The notes: generated by a model from the sequence alone, not told the origin. A stretch of 64,000 nucleotides of DNA from an uncultured Sphingomonadaceae bacterium (GCA_964245585.1 CAXTMX010000005.1:23-64022); one strand, 5' to 3'. Counted from the first letter of the stretch, positions 35,812 through 46,813 are shown. A program made the numbers and translations.

Positions 35812-38800
35812 GTGCTACGGATGCTATGGGTAGCAGTCGCCACGCTGTTGGTCTTCTTCGCAAATGCAGCCCCTGCGGAGGCCGCGCCACCTATGTGGCA
35901 AGCGTGGGCTCCCGAGTGGTACTATAACTATCTTTGGAAACTTGGCTCGACCTGGCCCCCGGTGGAGCCCGCCTTCTCAACGCCGGACGCCTCTTGTGCA
36001 AGTGCTCTAAGTTGGGAATACAACAATCAGGACAGCTCTGCGGCGACCTATACCGTCGGTCCGTGGGAAGAAGCGATATGGATCCAGTACGCGCCGAGCG
36101 GCGTGCGCGAGACAGTCGCGGGCCGTCGATGCTCAATCAACAGAGCTGATGGCACTCCTGGTGACTTGGGGTATGATGGCTGGAACGGTTTGAAACAGAT
36201 TGTTCTCATACCGTTTTGCAGCAATGGCGAGACACTGGGTATCGTTGAAGGTAGCCCAGTTTGTTCGGCTGTAGTCCCCCCTGATAGCCAAGACTGCGAG
36301 TGCGTACCTGGAGATACGCCTGTTAGCGGACCGCCTGAAGTTTCGGTAGGTAACCCCATACTGGTTGATACCGGTACTAAGACCGCAGAAGAGACCGATT
36401 ATCGGTCAGCAGACGGTTTGCTGGAGGTGAAGCGCGAGTATAAGAGCCGGCCGCGCAATCCTATTTACATGCCTTTCCCGCTTGAGATTCCTGGCTTTTC
36501 CACTCAATGGCACGGCCTGCTTCCGGGTATGTTGGATATTGAAACGATCGTCAACGGATTTGGAGAGCTAGATTACCTAGCTTTTCAGTCGTCAGATGGT
36601 TCGGTTCGCCGTTTCTATGCCAACAGCGCGACGGACTATGTCTATACGAAATCCGATCAGACGCGATTGAACGTGACGATGGTGAGCACGCCAACGATAG
36701 GGCGGCCGGATTTCTACAAGGCGCCTGCCGATACCACCAGCACCGGCGAGGTCCGACTTCAGTTCGCAAATGGAAAGTATATACTTTTCCGACGAGCTGG
36801 GGACTATGACGCAGCAAACAAGCGGCGAGTTCTTGTTCCCGTCGAGCAGGGCGAACCTGGTGGCTACAAGCGGTGGTTCGATTATCCCGACGCAGGGATT
36901 TACCCTAACCGAATAAGGGACAGCTTCGGACGCCAGCTTATCTTGACCTGGACCGAGCTCGGCTGGTCGCACAACACGGTGCGCGGAGCGCGAAAGGGGC
37001 CCAACCAGTCGACAGCGCCAGTCGGGTTCACGAAGGAGTTCGGCATTTCGGCAATCGCTTTGCCTGATGGTACGACGCTCAACTACACCTATGGGGCGAT
37101 CGACCCCTCCGGCTATCTCGGCCGACTGGAGACCATGACGCGGAAGAACGCGAGCGCGACAACTCTCTGGGGGCGGTCATACTTGCACGAGGATACCCGT
37201 TTTCCGGCGGCAATCACAGGGATCGTCGATCAGAATGGGGCCCGCCTGTCCACTTATAGTTACGACGAATATGGACGAGCCACGCTGTCCAAGCGTGCGG
37301 GTGGGGTAGGGCAATATCAAATCACTTATTCAGCCCCCAACACCGACTCCACTCCTCAAACCCGGGCCGTCACTAATCCGCTAGGTCTGACCGACACCTA
37401 CTCTTATGTCGGCTGGAATGCGGGTGGCGTGAGTCTGCAAACGAACCCTCGTCGGCTTCTCTCGATCGACGGGGCCGCCACCGCATCGGTTCCCGTCCGG
37501 TCGCGTAGCTTCGCGTACACTACACAGGGCCAGCTTAAATCGTTCACCGACGCAAAGGGGAATGTGACGAGCCAGGTGGTCGATTCGGCTAAGTTTCGCC
37601 CGAACAGCGTTACGAATGCCGGCACCGTATCGCAGAGCATAACTTGGGATCCTAATTTTGACCTTCCAGCTCAAATCCTGCTCACAGGAAAGCTCGCGAC
37701 GAGTTTCACTTACGATAGTTCGGGTCAGCTTTTGACCCTCAGCCGGGTGGACAAGACCACTGCAGGAAACGGCACGACCAGGACGACGACCTATACCTGG
37801 GGAACGGGTGGTCGCCTGATGTCGATCAATGGCCCTCGCAATCCCGCTGCCTATGGCGGGGTGGATGATCTGACGACGTTCACATATGATCCACAGGGCA
37901 ATCGGCTGACGATGACGAATGCGCTGGGCAAGGTGACTAACTATTCGGGATACGACGCCAACGGCAATCCAGGCCTCGTGACTGATCCCAACGGTATCAA
38001 GACAGCCTTCACTTACGACGGACTGGGTCGGGTGAAGACGATCACGGTCAAGCACCCTACCACCGTGGCGCTCGATGCGGTGACTACTCTTGACTATGAC
38101 GTAGAGGGCCGCGTTATCGGCTTAACCCGTCCCGCCGCCGCGAAGTTGAACTTCGACTATGACCTCGCGGGCCGGCTTCTCGCTATTCGCTCGGACGACG
38201 GTGAGCGGATCGACTACACCTATGACGGAATGAACGACGTACTGAGCGAAACGGTGAAGCGAACCAACGGCACGCAGTCGCGCGCCATCACTCGCACGTT
38301 CGACGAGCTCGGGCGAATGTTGACGCAGACGCTTGGGCCGAGTCGGACGACGACGTGGTCATACGACAAGAACGGCAATCGGACACAGGTGACGACCCCG
38401 CGCGCCAATGCCTCAACTCAAGCGTTCGATGCGCTTGATCGCTTGACGACTGTAGCGGCGCCCGCTGCCGGCACGACAACCAACGCTTACGACAGCCAAA
38501 ACAACATCGCTTCATTCACCGACGCCAAGACGTTCCAGACAACCTACACGCGCAACGGGTTTGGCGACATCATCAAGGAAGTGTCACCCGATCGAGGAGC
38601 GACGAGCTATACGTATGATGATGGCGGTGATCTTAAGACGATGACCGACGGCCGCGGCCAGGTAGTCACCTTTAACCGCGATATCCTCGGCCGAATCACG
38701 AGCAAAGTTCCGACGGGCCTTACAGCGCAGACGGTGACCTACACGTGGGATACGGGCGGACTCGCGGGCAGCTACGGGGTTGGGCGTGTTGGCAAGATCG

Positions 38801-40485
38801 TAGATGGATCGGGCACGACGACGTTCCAATACGATCATCGCGGCAACATGCTGGTGATACAGCAGGCCATTGGTACAACCTCTGCGGCGCAGCTGATTTA
38901 CGCCTACGATCTTGGCGATCGCGTGACCCAGATCACCTATCCGTCGGGTCGAATCGTCCAGTATGGCCGCGACAGCAAGGGCCGGGTGAACCTTGTGCAG
39001 ACGAAGGCGTCGGCGTCAGTCGGGACTTGGACGTCGATCGCAAGCGGGCTTACTTATGAGCCGTTCGGCGCCGTCACCTCGATCACTCTCGGCAACGGCC
39101 TGAAGGCTACGAACGACTGGGGCAACGATGGCCGACTGGCGACGCGGCGGCTGCAGCGCGTGTCCAACGGGACCAATCTGTCCCTGCTGACCTACGGCTA
39201 CGACAACGACGATAACATCATCAGCATCACAGACGGCGTCACCTCGAGCCAGAGCCAAACCTATGCCTATGACGCGGCGGGCCGGGTGAACCGCATCGAC
39301 ACCGCGAGCGGCACGTACAAGCGTACTGACTACACCTACGACGCCAACGGCAACCGTCAGCAGGAACAGCGCCGGACGCTTGCGACCGATGCGACGCCGG
39401 CGCAGACCGATGCATATAGTTATGCGACTACCTCAAACCGTCTGAGCAACGTGGCGATCCCCGCGGGCAACCGCGCGATCACGTATGATGGGCGAGGAAA
39501 CATGAAAGGTGAGACGCGTCCGAGCAGCGTCACGGTCACTCAGACCTACGACGGTTATGGCCGCCTAACCGGCTATAGCCGGACCGGCACGAGTGCATTG
39601 TCGTTCACATACAACGGTCGTGATGACAGAGTGACGATGGTGATCGGCACAGTGACGCGCCGGTTCATCTATGATCCCGACGGTCGGGTGATGGGCGAGT
39701 ATGGCAACTCGGCCACGGACGTAAAGGCTGAGTTTATCTGGCAGCTACCAGTGGTTGCCAACGATAACGACTTTGGCGGAGACGATGGACTCAATGGCTA
39801 CGCGCCGCTTGCGGTGGCGACGCCGACTACGGCCGGTGCGATACAGATTAACTGGGTGCACGGCAGCCATCTCGGAGTGCCGCTGGTGACAACGGACAGC
39901 GCCGGTAACGCGGCGACGACGCCCAACGACTACTTCGCACCCGGGTTTCCAGGCCAGAGCAAGATCCTCGCCGACCTCTACTACAATCGCTACCGCGACT
40001 ACGATCCCACTATCGGACGCTACATTCAGGCCGACCCCATAGGCCTCGATGGTGGGACAAATCTCTATGTGTATGTCGCAAATAATCCGATACGGTGGAC
40101 CGATCCCATGGGGTTGTTCATCCCGTTGGTCATACCTGCCGCAGAGGGCGCTGCGGAGGGGATCGCCGCGCTCTGTCTGCGGTTTCCTGCGCAGTGTGCC
40201 GCTACGATCAACGCTGGTGCGGCCATCGTTTCAGCGTGCATCGGCGGCGGCGAGGACAGGTGCGAAAAGCAAAAGGAAGATGATGAGTTTGAGTGTAATC
40301 AGTGGAACGTATACACCAACCATCAGGGTTACAGTCGAAGAGAGGGGTATCGTATATGCCTCAGTACAGCAGCAACTAGATACGCCGAGTGTAGATCTAG
40401 GGGAATGAATCCTGCTAACATCACCACACCCTTGTTCCTGCCAACTAGACGACGTGGCATCCCAGATCCGTCACGAGGCAGGTAG
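35812..40485 (+). CDS. Rhs/YD-repeat polymorphic toxin with Sec signal peptide, currently carrying C-terminal tip A
   Basis: GTG 35812 follows RBS GGGGAG and gives [24 protein letters not shown]|. It has a VGNPI motif, many YD repeats and the core end [46 protein letters not shown], then a Cys-rich tip. No PAAR motif seen. Confidence 0.95.
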   Translation: MLRMLWVAVATLLVFFANAAPAEAAPPMWQAWAPEWYYNYLWKLGSTWPPVEPAFSTPDASCASALSWEYNNQDSSAATYTVGPWEEAIWIQYAPSGVRETVAGRRCSINRADGTPGDLGYDGWNGLKQIVLIPFCSNGETLGIVEGSPVCSAVVPPDSQDCECVPGDTPVSGPPEVSVGNPILVDTGTKTAEETDYRSADGLLEVKREYKSRPRNPIYMPFPLEIPGFSTQWHGLLPGMLDIETIVNGFGELDYLAFQSSDGSVRRFYANSATDYVYTKSDQTRLNVTMVSTPTIGRPDFYKAPADTTSTGEVRLQFANGKYILFRRAGDYDAANKRRVLVPVEQGEPGGYKRWFDYPDAGIYPNRIRDSFGRQLILTWTELGWSHNTVRGARKGPNQSTAPVGFTKEFGISAIALPDGTTLNYTYGAIDPSGYLGRLETMTRKNASATTLWGRSYLHEDTRFPAAITGIVDQNGARLSTYSYDEYGRATLSKRAGGVGQYQITYSAPNTDSTPQTRAVTNPLGLTDTYSYVGWNAGGVSLQTNPRRLLSIDGAATASVPVRSRSFAYTTQGQLKSFTDAKGNVTSQVVDSAKFRPNSVTNAGTVSQSITWDPNFDLPAQILLTGKLATSFTYDSSGQLLTLSRVDKTTAGNGTTRTTTYTWGTGGRLMSINGPRNPAAYGGVDDLTTFTYDPQGNRLTMTNALGKVTNYSGYDANGNPGLVTDPNGIKTAFTYDGLGRVKTITVKHPTTVALDAVTTLDYDVEGRVIGLTRPAAAKLNFDYDLAGRLLAIRSDDGERIDYTYDGMNDVLSETVKRTNGTQSRAITRTFDELGRMLTQTLGPSRTTTWSYDKNGNRTQVTTPRANASTQAFDALDRLTTVAAPAAGTTTNAYDSQNNIASFTDAKTFQTTYTRNGFGDIIKEVSPDRGATSYTYDDGGDLKTMTDGRGQVVTFNRDILGRITSKVPTGLTAQTVTYTWDTGGLAGSYGVGRVGKIVDGSGTTTFQYDHRGNMLVIQQAIGTTSAAQLIYAYDLGDRVTQITYPSGRIVQYGRDSKGRVNLVQTKASASVGTWTSIASGLTYEPFGAVTSITLGNGLKATNDWGNDGRLATRRLQRVSNGTNLSLLTYGYDNDDNIISITDGVTSSQSQTYAYDAAGRVNRIDTASGTYKRTDYTYDANGNRQQEQRRTLATDATPAQTDAYSYATTSNRLSNVAIPAGNRAITYDGRGNMKGETRPSSVTVTQTYDGYGRLTGYSRTGTSALSFTYNGRDDRVTMVIGTVTRRFIYDPDGRVMGEYGNSATDVKAEFIWQLPVVANDNDFGGDDGLNGYAPLAVATPTTAGAIQINWVHGSHLGVPLVTTDSAGNAATTPNDYFAPGFPGQSKILADLYYNRYRDYDPTIGRYIQADPIGLDGGTNLYVYVANNPIRWTDPMGLFIPLVIPAAEGAAEGIAALCLRFPAQCAATINAGAAIVSACIGGGEDRCEKQKEDDEFECNQWNVYTNHQGYSRREGYRICLSTAATRYAECRSRGMNPANITTPLFLPTRRRGIPDPSRGR

Positions 40486-40489
40486 CAGG

Positions 40490-40768
40490 ATGGAAGATTT
40501 GTATATCTCACGTCACATGTTGTTCCTTAAAGGCGAGGAATATCATAAAACCGTGATTTATATACAAAAGCCTATAGAGCGAACAGATGGCGGTCATACT
40601 GCACGAGTGGTTTTTACTGAAGTTAGTAAGTATGATGCAAATATAAAGGGAGCAGATAGTTTGAACGCTATTGAATGTGCGATATCGTACATCAACAGCG
40701 TTTGTAAGGATAGTACAGAGCCTAGATTCTACTGGGAAGAAGGTTATCCTTTCATTGGATCTAATTGA
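40490..40768 (+). CDS. Putative immunity protein for Rhs tip A (DUF6968-like GxDSxxA pattern)
   Basis: AT-rich 92-aa ORF starting 4 nt after the toxin stop; IKGADSLNAIECA. Family assignment is tentative. Confidence 0.75.
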   Translation: MEDLYISRHMLFLKGEEYHKTVIYIQKPIERTDGGHTARVVFTEVSKYDANIKGADSLNAIECAISYINSVCKDSTEPRFYWEEGYPFIGSN

Positions 40769-41389
40769 CGACGCCTTGTCGGCTTAACATGGGATCCTGC
40801 TCATCTTCTCGTTGATCCGGGCACCTGCTGCCGTTGTGCAAGCTACTGCCGATCTGGTGACGCTCTTTTTTGCACAGTAGCCGACTTGGAGGGCGGTCAG
40901 GAGCGTTTGCAAGATAAAGGCAGCGCCTCCTGGCGGCTGCTAAGTGGTTGTCTGCACGTCGGAATATAGCGAGGCATGCGTCACGGCGACGGAGGCTCCC
41001 GGCGTGATGTTGGAGGTGCCGCGCTGGCAACCAGTTGAATCGGCGCGGCAATAGCAGGAGGCAGCCACGAGACTCTCCTGTCGGGGCTCCTGCCGGATCG
41101 CCGATGACGATCGCCAGGCCAGGAGCGCGGCGGAGGCAGGGCGACGGAGCGGCTGGAATATGCCCACACCCTATGCGGCGCGCCGCGAGGCGTAAGTGTC
41201 TGGCCTGCAATGCCAAAACCCGTAAACAAGGCTAGGCCACGATCGCATTGCAACGCAAGACACCGCTAACCCATTGATCTTGTGAGGAGCGGCGGTTCGC
41301 TGCCACCCTGCTGACAGAGCTGCTGAACGGGTCCGCCACGGGGAGCGGCACGGCCGTTCCCCATCGTCGTTCCGTGCTGATCCTCGGGC

Positions 41390-41770
41390 CTACCGGATGA
41401 TGCTCTCGATCTGGCGCTTGGTGAGGAACGCGTCGAGCAGGGTCTTGACGACCTGCTTGTCGGCGTCGGGGAGGTGCTCGACGGCCTGGAACTGGCGGAG
41501 CAGCTCGCGGTCGCTGACGCGGGCGGCGGCGGCTTCGTCGCTGGCGCCATCGAGAAGATAATCGCTGGTGGTGTCGAGCGCGTCGGCGAGGCGCCTGAGG
41601 GTATCGCCGCCGGGGCGCGACGTGCCGCGCTCGAACCGGCCGATGTGGGTGTAGTGGAGGCCGGCCTTCTGCCCAAGCTGGGTCTGGGAGAGGTCGCGCG
41701 CCTTGCGCAGCGTGCGCAGCCGCTGCGAGAACCCCTCGCCCACATCGTTCTCCAGCACCCTTGCCGCCAT
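41390..41770 (-). CDS. XRE-family HTH regulator
   Basis: FSQRLRTLRKARDLSQTQLGQKAGLHYTHIGRFERG..P..TLRRLADAL; divergent from the primase gene. Confidence 0.92.
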   Translation of the reverse strand: MAARVLENDVGEGFSQRLRTLRKARDLSQTQLGQKAGLHYTHIGRFERGTSRPGGDTLRRLADALDTTSDYLLDGASDEAAAARVSDRELLRQFQAVEHLPDADKQVVKTLLDAFLTKRQIESIIR

Positions 41771-41920
41771 CACCATCTCCAATGGAGTGATGCTGCCGGA
41801 TGTGGAGGGGGAATGCCATGCCTGCATGCTCGATAGCCTGTCCTGACTGCTTGACCGAATACAGCGCAGCGGCTAGCGGATCAAGCATCCTTGCTGCATG
41901 AAAAATATCTGGGGACAGCG

Positions 41921-44899
41921 ATGGCGCGCATGGCGGACGCGGAGATCGAGCGGCTGAAGAACGAGGTGAGCCTGGTGCGCCTCGTCGAATCGGCGGGCGT
42001 GGCGCTCCAGCGGCGCGGTCAGGAGATGGTGGGCCGCTGCCCGTTCCATGCCGACGACACGCCGTCGCTGTCGGTCAACGCGGCGAAGAACCTGTTCCGC
42101 TGCTTCGGCTGCGACGCGGGCGGCGGGCCGATCGACTGGGTGATGAAGCGCGAGGGGGTGAGCTTCCGCCACGCGGTCGAGCTGCTGCGCGACGGCGCCG
42201 CGCTGGAGCCACCCGCGTCGTCGCCAGCACGATCCACCGTGCGGCGGCTTGCCCCGCCGATGAGCCTCGATGGCGACGACCGGGCGCTGCTCGATCAGGT
42301 GGTGGGCTATTATCACGAGACGCTGAAGCGGTCGCCCGAGGCGCTGGCCTATCTGAAGGCGCGCGGCCTGGTCCACCCCGAGCTGATCGAGCGGTTCCGG
42401 CTCGGCTATGCGGACCGCACGCTGGGCCTCAGGCTGCCCGAGAAGAACCGCAAGGCTGGCGCGGAGGTGCGCGGGCGGCTGGAGCGGATCGGGCTCTACC
42501 GGGCGAGCGGCCACGAGCACTTCCGGGGCTCGCTGGTGGTGCCGGTGATCGACGCGCACGGCCATGTCGTCGAGGTCTATGGGCGCAAGACCAGGGACGA
42601 TCTGCGCCCCGGAACGCCCATGCACCTCTACCTTCCTGGGCCGCATCGCGGCGTGTGGAACCTCGACGGGATCGCCGGATCGGGGGGCGAGGTGATCCTG
42701 TGCGAGGCGCTGATCGACGCCATGACCTTCTGGGTAGCCGGCTATCGCAACGTCACCGCCGCCTATGGCACGAGCGGCTTTACCGACGACCATCTGGCGG
42801 CGTTCCGCGCGCACGATATCGCCCGCGTGCTGGTCGCCTACGACCGCGACGCCGCCGGCGACAAGGGCGCCGCTGCGGTCGCCGAGCAGCTCGCGCCGCA
42901 TGGGATCGGGGTCTATCGCGTGAACTTCCCGAAGGGGATGGATGCGAACGGCTACGCGCTGAACGTGACTCCGCCCGCCAAGAGTCTGGGGGCGTTGCTG
43001 CGCGCCGCCGAGTGGATGGCGGGCACCGAATCCCGTCCGCGCGCGGTGCCGTTCGACGACGAATCCGAGCCCCATATCGTCGTCGAAACCCTTCCTCTCT
43101 CAGCCGCCGAGCCGCTGTCCGAGCCCAGCCACGCCGGCCCGATCGCGCCGTCGCCACCGCCTCCCGTAGCGGCCGAGATCGGCGAGCGGGAGGTGGTGAT
43201 CCAGCTCGGCGACCGCACCTGGCGCGCGCGCGGGCTGGCCCGCAACGCGTCGCCGGAGGCGATGAAGATCAACCTCATGGTGCGGCGCGGAGAGGCGTTC
43301 CACGTCGACGGACTGGACCTGCTCAGCGCCAAGAACCGCGCCGCGTTCGTGGCGGAAGCCGCGCTCGAGCTGGGCCTGCCGCCGGAGGCGGTGAAGCGCG
43401 ATATCGGGCAGGTGCTCTTGAAGCTCGAGTCGGTGCAGGAGGCGATGCTGCGCGAGACAGCGCCGACCCCCGGCGTCGTGATCAGCGCCGGCGACGAGGC
43501 CGCGGCGATGGCCTGGCTCCGCTCCCCCGACCTGCTCGACCGGATCGCCGCCGACATCGCCGCTATGGGCGTGATCGGCGAGGCCGAGAACGCGCTCACC
43601 GTCTATCTGGCGGCGCTCAGCCGCAAGCTCGATCGGCCGCTCGCGGTGCTGATCCAGTCGACCAGCGCCGCCGGCAAGAGCGCGCTGATGGACGCGGTGC
43701 TCGACCTGGTGCCGGAGGAGGAGCGGGTCGCCTACTCGGCGATGACCGGGCAGAGCCTGTTCTATCTGGGCGAGGCGGACCTCCGCCACAAGGCGCTCGC
43801 CATCGCCGAGGAGGAGGGCGCGCGCCATGCGTCCTATGCGCTGAAGCTGCTTCAGAGCCAGGGCGCGATCACCATCGCGTCGACGGGCAAGGACCCGGCG
43901 ACGGGCAAGCTGGTGACGCAGGACTATCGGGTCGAGGGACCGGTCGCGCTGATGCTGACCACGACCGCGATCGACCTCGACGAGGAGCTGAGCAACCGCT
44001 GCCTGGTGCTGACGATCGACGAGAGTCGCGAGCAGACCCGCGCGATCCATGCCCGCCAGCGTTACGAGGAGACGCTCGCCGGCCTCGCCGAGCGCGAGAA
44101 CGGCGCCGCGATCCGCGCGCTGCATCACAATGCGCAGCGGCTGATCAGGCCGGTGAAGGTGGTCAACCCGTTCGCGGAAGCCCTGACGTTCCTCGACGAC
44201 AAGACCCGCACGCGCCGCGACCACCGCAAATATCTTGGGCTGATCCGCGCCGTCGCGCTGCTCCACCAGCATCAGCGGCCGACCCGCGAGCTGACCCGTC
44301 CCGGCATGGCGCCGCTCGCCTATATCGAGGCGACGCTGGACGATATCGCGGCCGCCAACCGGCTCGCCCATGCGGTGCTCGGCACCACGCTCGACGAGCT
44401 GCCGCCGCAGACCCGGACGCTGCTCCACTTGGTCCGCGATCACGTCGCCGCGCGTGCTACGGCCGAGGGCGTCCAGCCCCGCGACGTGCGGTTCACCCGC
44501 CGCGAGGTCCGGGAGGCGACAGGCTGGGGCGACACCCAGCTCAAGCTCCACCTGCACCGCCTGGAGGAGCTTGAATATCTGCTGGTGCGCCGCGACGGCA
44601 CCCGGTTCGTCTACGAGCTGGCCTGGGGCGGCGAAGGCGAGGCGGGCGCGCCGTTCGTGATGGGGCTGATCAACGTCGAGCGGCTGCGCCAACATCATTA
44701 TGACCGCGAACGGTCGGGGGTGGCGGCCGATCGGCCGCCCTCTGGTCGGGCCGAGATCGGGGTCCGGTCGGTGGGCAGTCACGCCCCCGAATCGCCAAGA
44801 ACCGCAGGGATCGTGCGGCTTCCCGCGCACATCGCCGCACCGCGCCCTGAATCCGTATCCCAGGTCGCTGGCGAACGCCGGTCATACGCGAACGGCTGA
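41921..44899 (+). CDS. DnaG-type primase (CHC2 Zn finger + Toprim) fused to a P-loop NTPase domain
   Basis: CPFHADDTPS...CFGC, LCEALIDA, YDRD.AG, Walker A-like QSTSAAGKS and Walker B-like LAIAEEEG. Confidence 0.9.
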   Translation: MARMADAEIERLKNEVSLVRLVESAGVALQRRGQEMVGRCPFHADDTPSLSVNAAKNLFRCFGCDAGGGPIDWVMKREGVSFRHAVELLRDGAALEPPASSPARSTVRRLAPPMSLDGDDRALLDQVVGYYHETLKRSPEALAYLKARGLVHPELIERFRLGYADRTLGLRLPEKNRKAGAEVRGRLERIGLYRASGHEHFRGSLVVPVIDAHGHVVEVYGRKTRDDLRPGTPMHLYLPGPHRGVWNLDGIAGSGGEVILCEALIDAMTFWVAGYRNVTAAYGTSGFTDDHLAAFRAHDIARVLVAYDRDAAGDKGAAAVAEQLAPHGIGVYRVNFPKGMDANGYALNVTPPAKSLGALLRAAEWMAGTESRPRAVPFDDESEPHIVVETLPLSAAEPLSEPSHAGPIAPSPPPPVAAEIGEREVVIQLGDRTWRARGLARNASPEAMKINLMVRRGEAFHVDGLDLLSAKNRAAFVAEAALELGLPPEAVKRDIGQVLLKLESVQEAMLRETAPTPGVVISAGDEAAAMAWLRSPDLLDRIAADIAAMGVIGEAENALTVYLAALSRKLDRPLAVLIQSTSAAGKSALMDAVLDLVPEEERVAYSAMTGQSLFYLGEADLRHKALAIAEEEGARHASYALKLLQSQGAITIASTGKDPATGKLVTQDYRVEGPVALMLTTTAIDLDEELSNRCLVLTIDESREQTRAIHARQRYEETLAGLAERENGAAIRALHHNAQRLIRPVKVVNPFAEALTFLDDKTRTRRDHRKYLGLIRAVALLHQHQRPTRELTRPGMAPLAYIEATLDDIAAANRLAHAVLGTTLDELPPQTRTLLHLVRDHVAARATAEGVQPRDVRFTRREVREATGWGDTQLKLHLHRLEELEYLLVRRDGTRFVYELAWGGEGEAGAPFVMGLINVERLRQHHYDRERSGVAADRPPSGRAEIGVRSVGSHAPESPRTAGIVRLPAHIAAPRPESVSQVAGERRSYANG

Positions 44900-45915
44900 T
44901 GCCGCGTCGTGCGCTGCCGCCGCTGCCGGGACGCCATGATCCCGACAGCCTCGCCTCGCACATGGAGCGGTTCCTGTCGGCGCTGGCGGTGCTCAACTAC
45001 TCGCCCGCGACGATCGAGGACCGACGCTACTGCCTCGCCACGTTCATCCTGTGGTGCGGCGAACGTGGCCTGGAGCGCCCGACGCAGGTGACGAAGCCGA
45101 TCCTGGAGCGGTTCCAGCGCCACCTCTACTATCACCGCAAGCCCAACGGCGACCCGTTGACGTTCCGCACGCAGGCGGCGCGCATGGTCCCGCTGCGCGC
45201 CTGGTTCAGATGGCTGGCGCGCGAGAATCACATCCTGTCCAACCCGGCCTCCGAGCTGGAGCTGCCCCGCCCCGAGCGTCGCCTGCCGGCGGTGGTGCTG
45301 ACGGCGGAGGAGGCCGAGGCGGTGATGGCCGTTCCCGACGTGGGCGCGCCGCTGGGGCTGCGCGACCGCGCCATGCTGGAGCTGCTCTACGCCACCGCGA
45401 TCCGACGCAGCGAGCTGATCGCGCTCAAGCTGTTCGACGTGGACTATGCCCGTGCCGCGCTCATCGTCCGGCAGGGCAAGGGCAACAAGGACCGGGTGGT
45501 GCCGCTGGGCGAGCGGGCGAAGGCCTGGCTTACCGCCTATCGCGACCGCGTGCGCCCCGGTCTGGTCGCAGGCCGCGATCCGGTCACGCTGTTCCTGAGC
45601 CGTGACGGGCGCCCGCTCGAACCCAAGCGCCTGTCCGAGAAGGTGCGCGGCTATGTGGAGGCCGCCGGCATCGGCAAGCCGGGCTCCTGCCACCTGCTGC
45701 GCCACACCGCCGCCACGCTGATGCTGGAGGGCGGCGCCGACATCCGGTTCATCCAGGCTCTGCTCGGCCACGAGAGCCTGGAGACGACGCAGATCTACAC
45801 CCGCGTCTCCATCACCAAGCTGGCCGAGATCCACGCCGCCACGCACCCCGGCGCCCGCCTGGTGCGCGACCGCGCCCTGCTCGATACAGCACTTGCCCTC
45901 GACGGCGAGGACTGA
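44899..45915 (+). CDS. XerC/XerD-like tyrosine recombinase
   Basis: RDRAMLELLYATAIRRSEL, GKGNKDR, HLLRH, LLGH and TTQIY. TGATG coupling to the primase gene. Confidence 0.95.
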   Translation: MPRRALPPLPGRHDPDSLASHMERFLSALAVLNYSPATIEDRRYCLATFILWCGERGLERPTQVTKPILERFQRHLYYHRKPNGDPLTFRTQAARMVPLRAWFRWLARENHILSNPASELELPRPERRLPAVVLTAEEAEAVMAVPDVGAPLGLRDRAMLELLYATAIRRSELIALKLFDVDYARAALIVRQGKGNKDRVVPLGERAKAWLTAYRDRVRPGLVAGRDPVTLFLSRDGRPLEPKRLSEKVRGYVEAAGIGKPGSCHLLRHTAATLMLEGGADIRFIQALLGHESLETTQIYTRVSITKLAEIHAATHPGARLVRDRALLDTALALDGED

Positions 45916-46109
45916 CCTTCCTCTCTCAGCCGCTTGCCCGCGCGCGCCAGCGCGCGCATGATGGCACTTGATCTTTGACAGCCGCGTCGCGGCACCGAAA
46001 ACCGCCTCAAGGCGATCCGGCGCTCGCCCGAACCGCTTCTCCCGCGTGTGCGCGTAAGCCGCTGCACCGCCTCGGGAAAAGCGCATCACTATGGCCGGAC
46101 CACATCAAG

Positions 46110-46134
46110 CGGATCAGTTGTCGCAAATAATCCG
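46110..46134. other. attP-like junction with imperfect inverted repeat
   Basis: CGGATCAGT-TGTCGCA-AATAATCCG. The arms match 7/9 as an inverted repeat, or 9/11 with a 3-nt spacer. The junction joins the element's right end to its left end. Confidence 0.7.
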
Positions 46135-46530
46135 ATACGGTGGACCGATCCCATGGGGTTGTTCATCCCGTTGGTCATACCTGCCGCAGAGGGCGCTGCG
46201 GAGGGGATCGCCGCGCTCTGTCTGCGGTTTCCTGCGCAGTGTGCCGCTACGATCAACGCTGGTGCGGCCATCGTTTCAGCGTGCATCGGCGGCGGCGAGG
46301 ACAGGTGCGAAAAGCAAAAGGAAGATGATGAGTTTGAGTGTAATCAGTGGAACGTATACACCAACCATCAGGGTTACAGTCGAAGAGAGGGGTATCGTAT
46401 ATGCCTCAGTACAGCAGCAACTAGATACGCCGAGTGTAGATCTAGGGGAATGAATCCTGCTAACATCACCACACCCTTGTTCCTGCCAACTAGACGACGT
46501 GGCATCCCAGATCCGTCACGAGGCAGGTAG
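46119..46530 (+). pseudogene. Orphan copy of Rhs tip A (no core)
   Basis: [14 protein letters not shown] + tip A, preceded by element DNA instead of the Rhs core. Confidence 0.85.
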
Positions 46531-46534
46531 CAGG

Positions 46535-46813
46535 ATGGAAGATTTGTATATCTCACGTCACATGTTGTTCCTTAAAGGCGAGGAATATCATAAAACCGTG
46601 ATTTATATACAAAAGCCTATAGAGCGAACAGATGGCGGTCATACTGCACGAGTGGTTTTTACTGAAGTTAGTAAGTATGATGCAAATATAAAGGGAGCAG
46701 ATAGTTTGAACGCTATTGAATGTGCGATATCGTACATCAACAGCGTTTGTAAGGATAGTACAGAGCCTAGATTCTACTGGGAAGAAGGTTATCCTTTCAT
46801 TGGATCTAATTGA
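46535..46813 (+). CDS. Putative immunity protein for tip A, copy 2
   Basis: Same translation as 40490-40768. Confidence 0.75.
   Translation: MEDLYISRHMLFLKGEEYHKTVIYIQKPIERTDGGHTARVVFTEVSKYDANIKGADSLNAIECAISYINSVCKDSTEPRFYWEEGYPFIGSN

Larger units (their letters stand above)
40074..46118. mobile_element. Rhs-targeting integrative element, copy 1 (6045 bp)
   Basis: Unit = tip A, immunity, XRE regulator, primase/P-loop protein, XerD-like recombinase. Identity with copy 2 begins at TGT 40074/46119. Confidence 0.88.

Noticed and set aside
40761-41253. ORFs of 66-151 aa between the immunity and XRE genes, considered as a possible SymE-like toxin
   Set aside because: No recognisable motif in any listed frame.
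46110-46134. Chromosomal dif site for host XerCD
   Set aside because: It lacks the XerD arm TTATGTTAAAT, and the element encodes its own recombinase.
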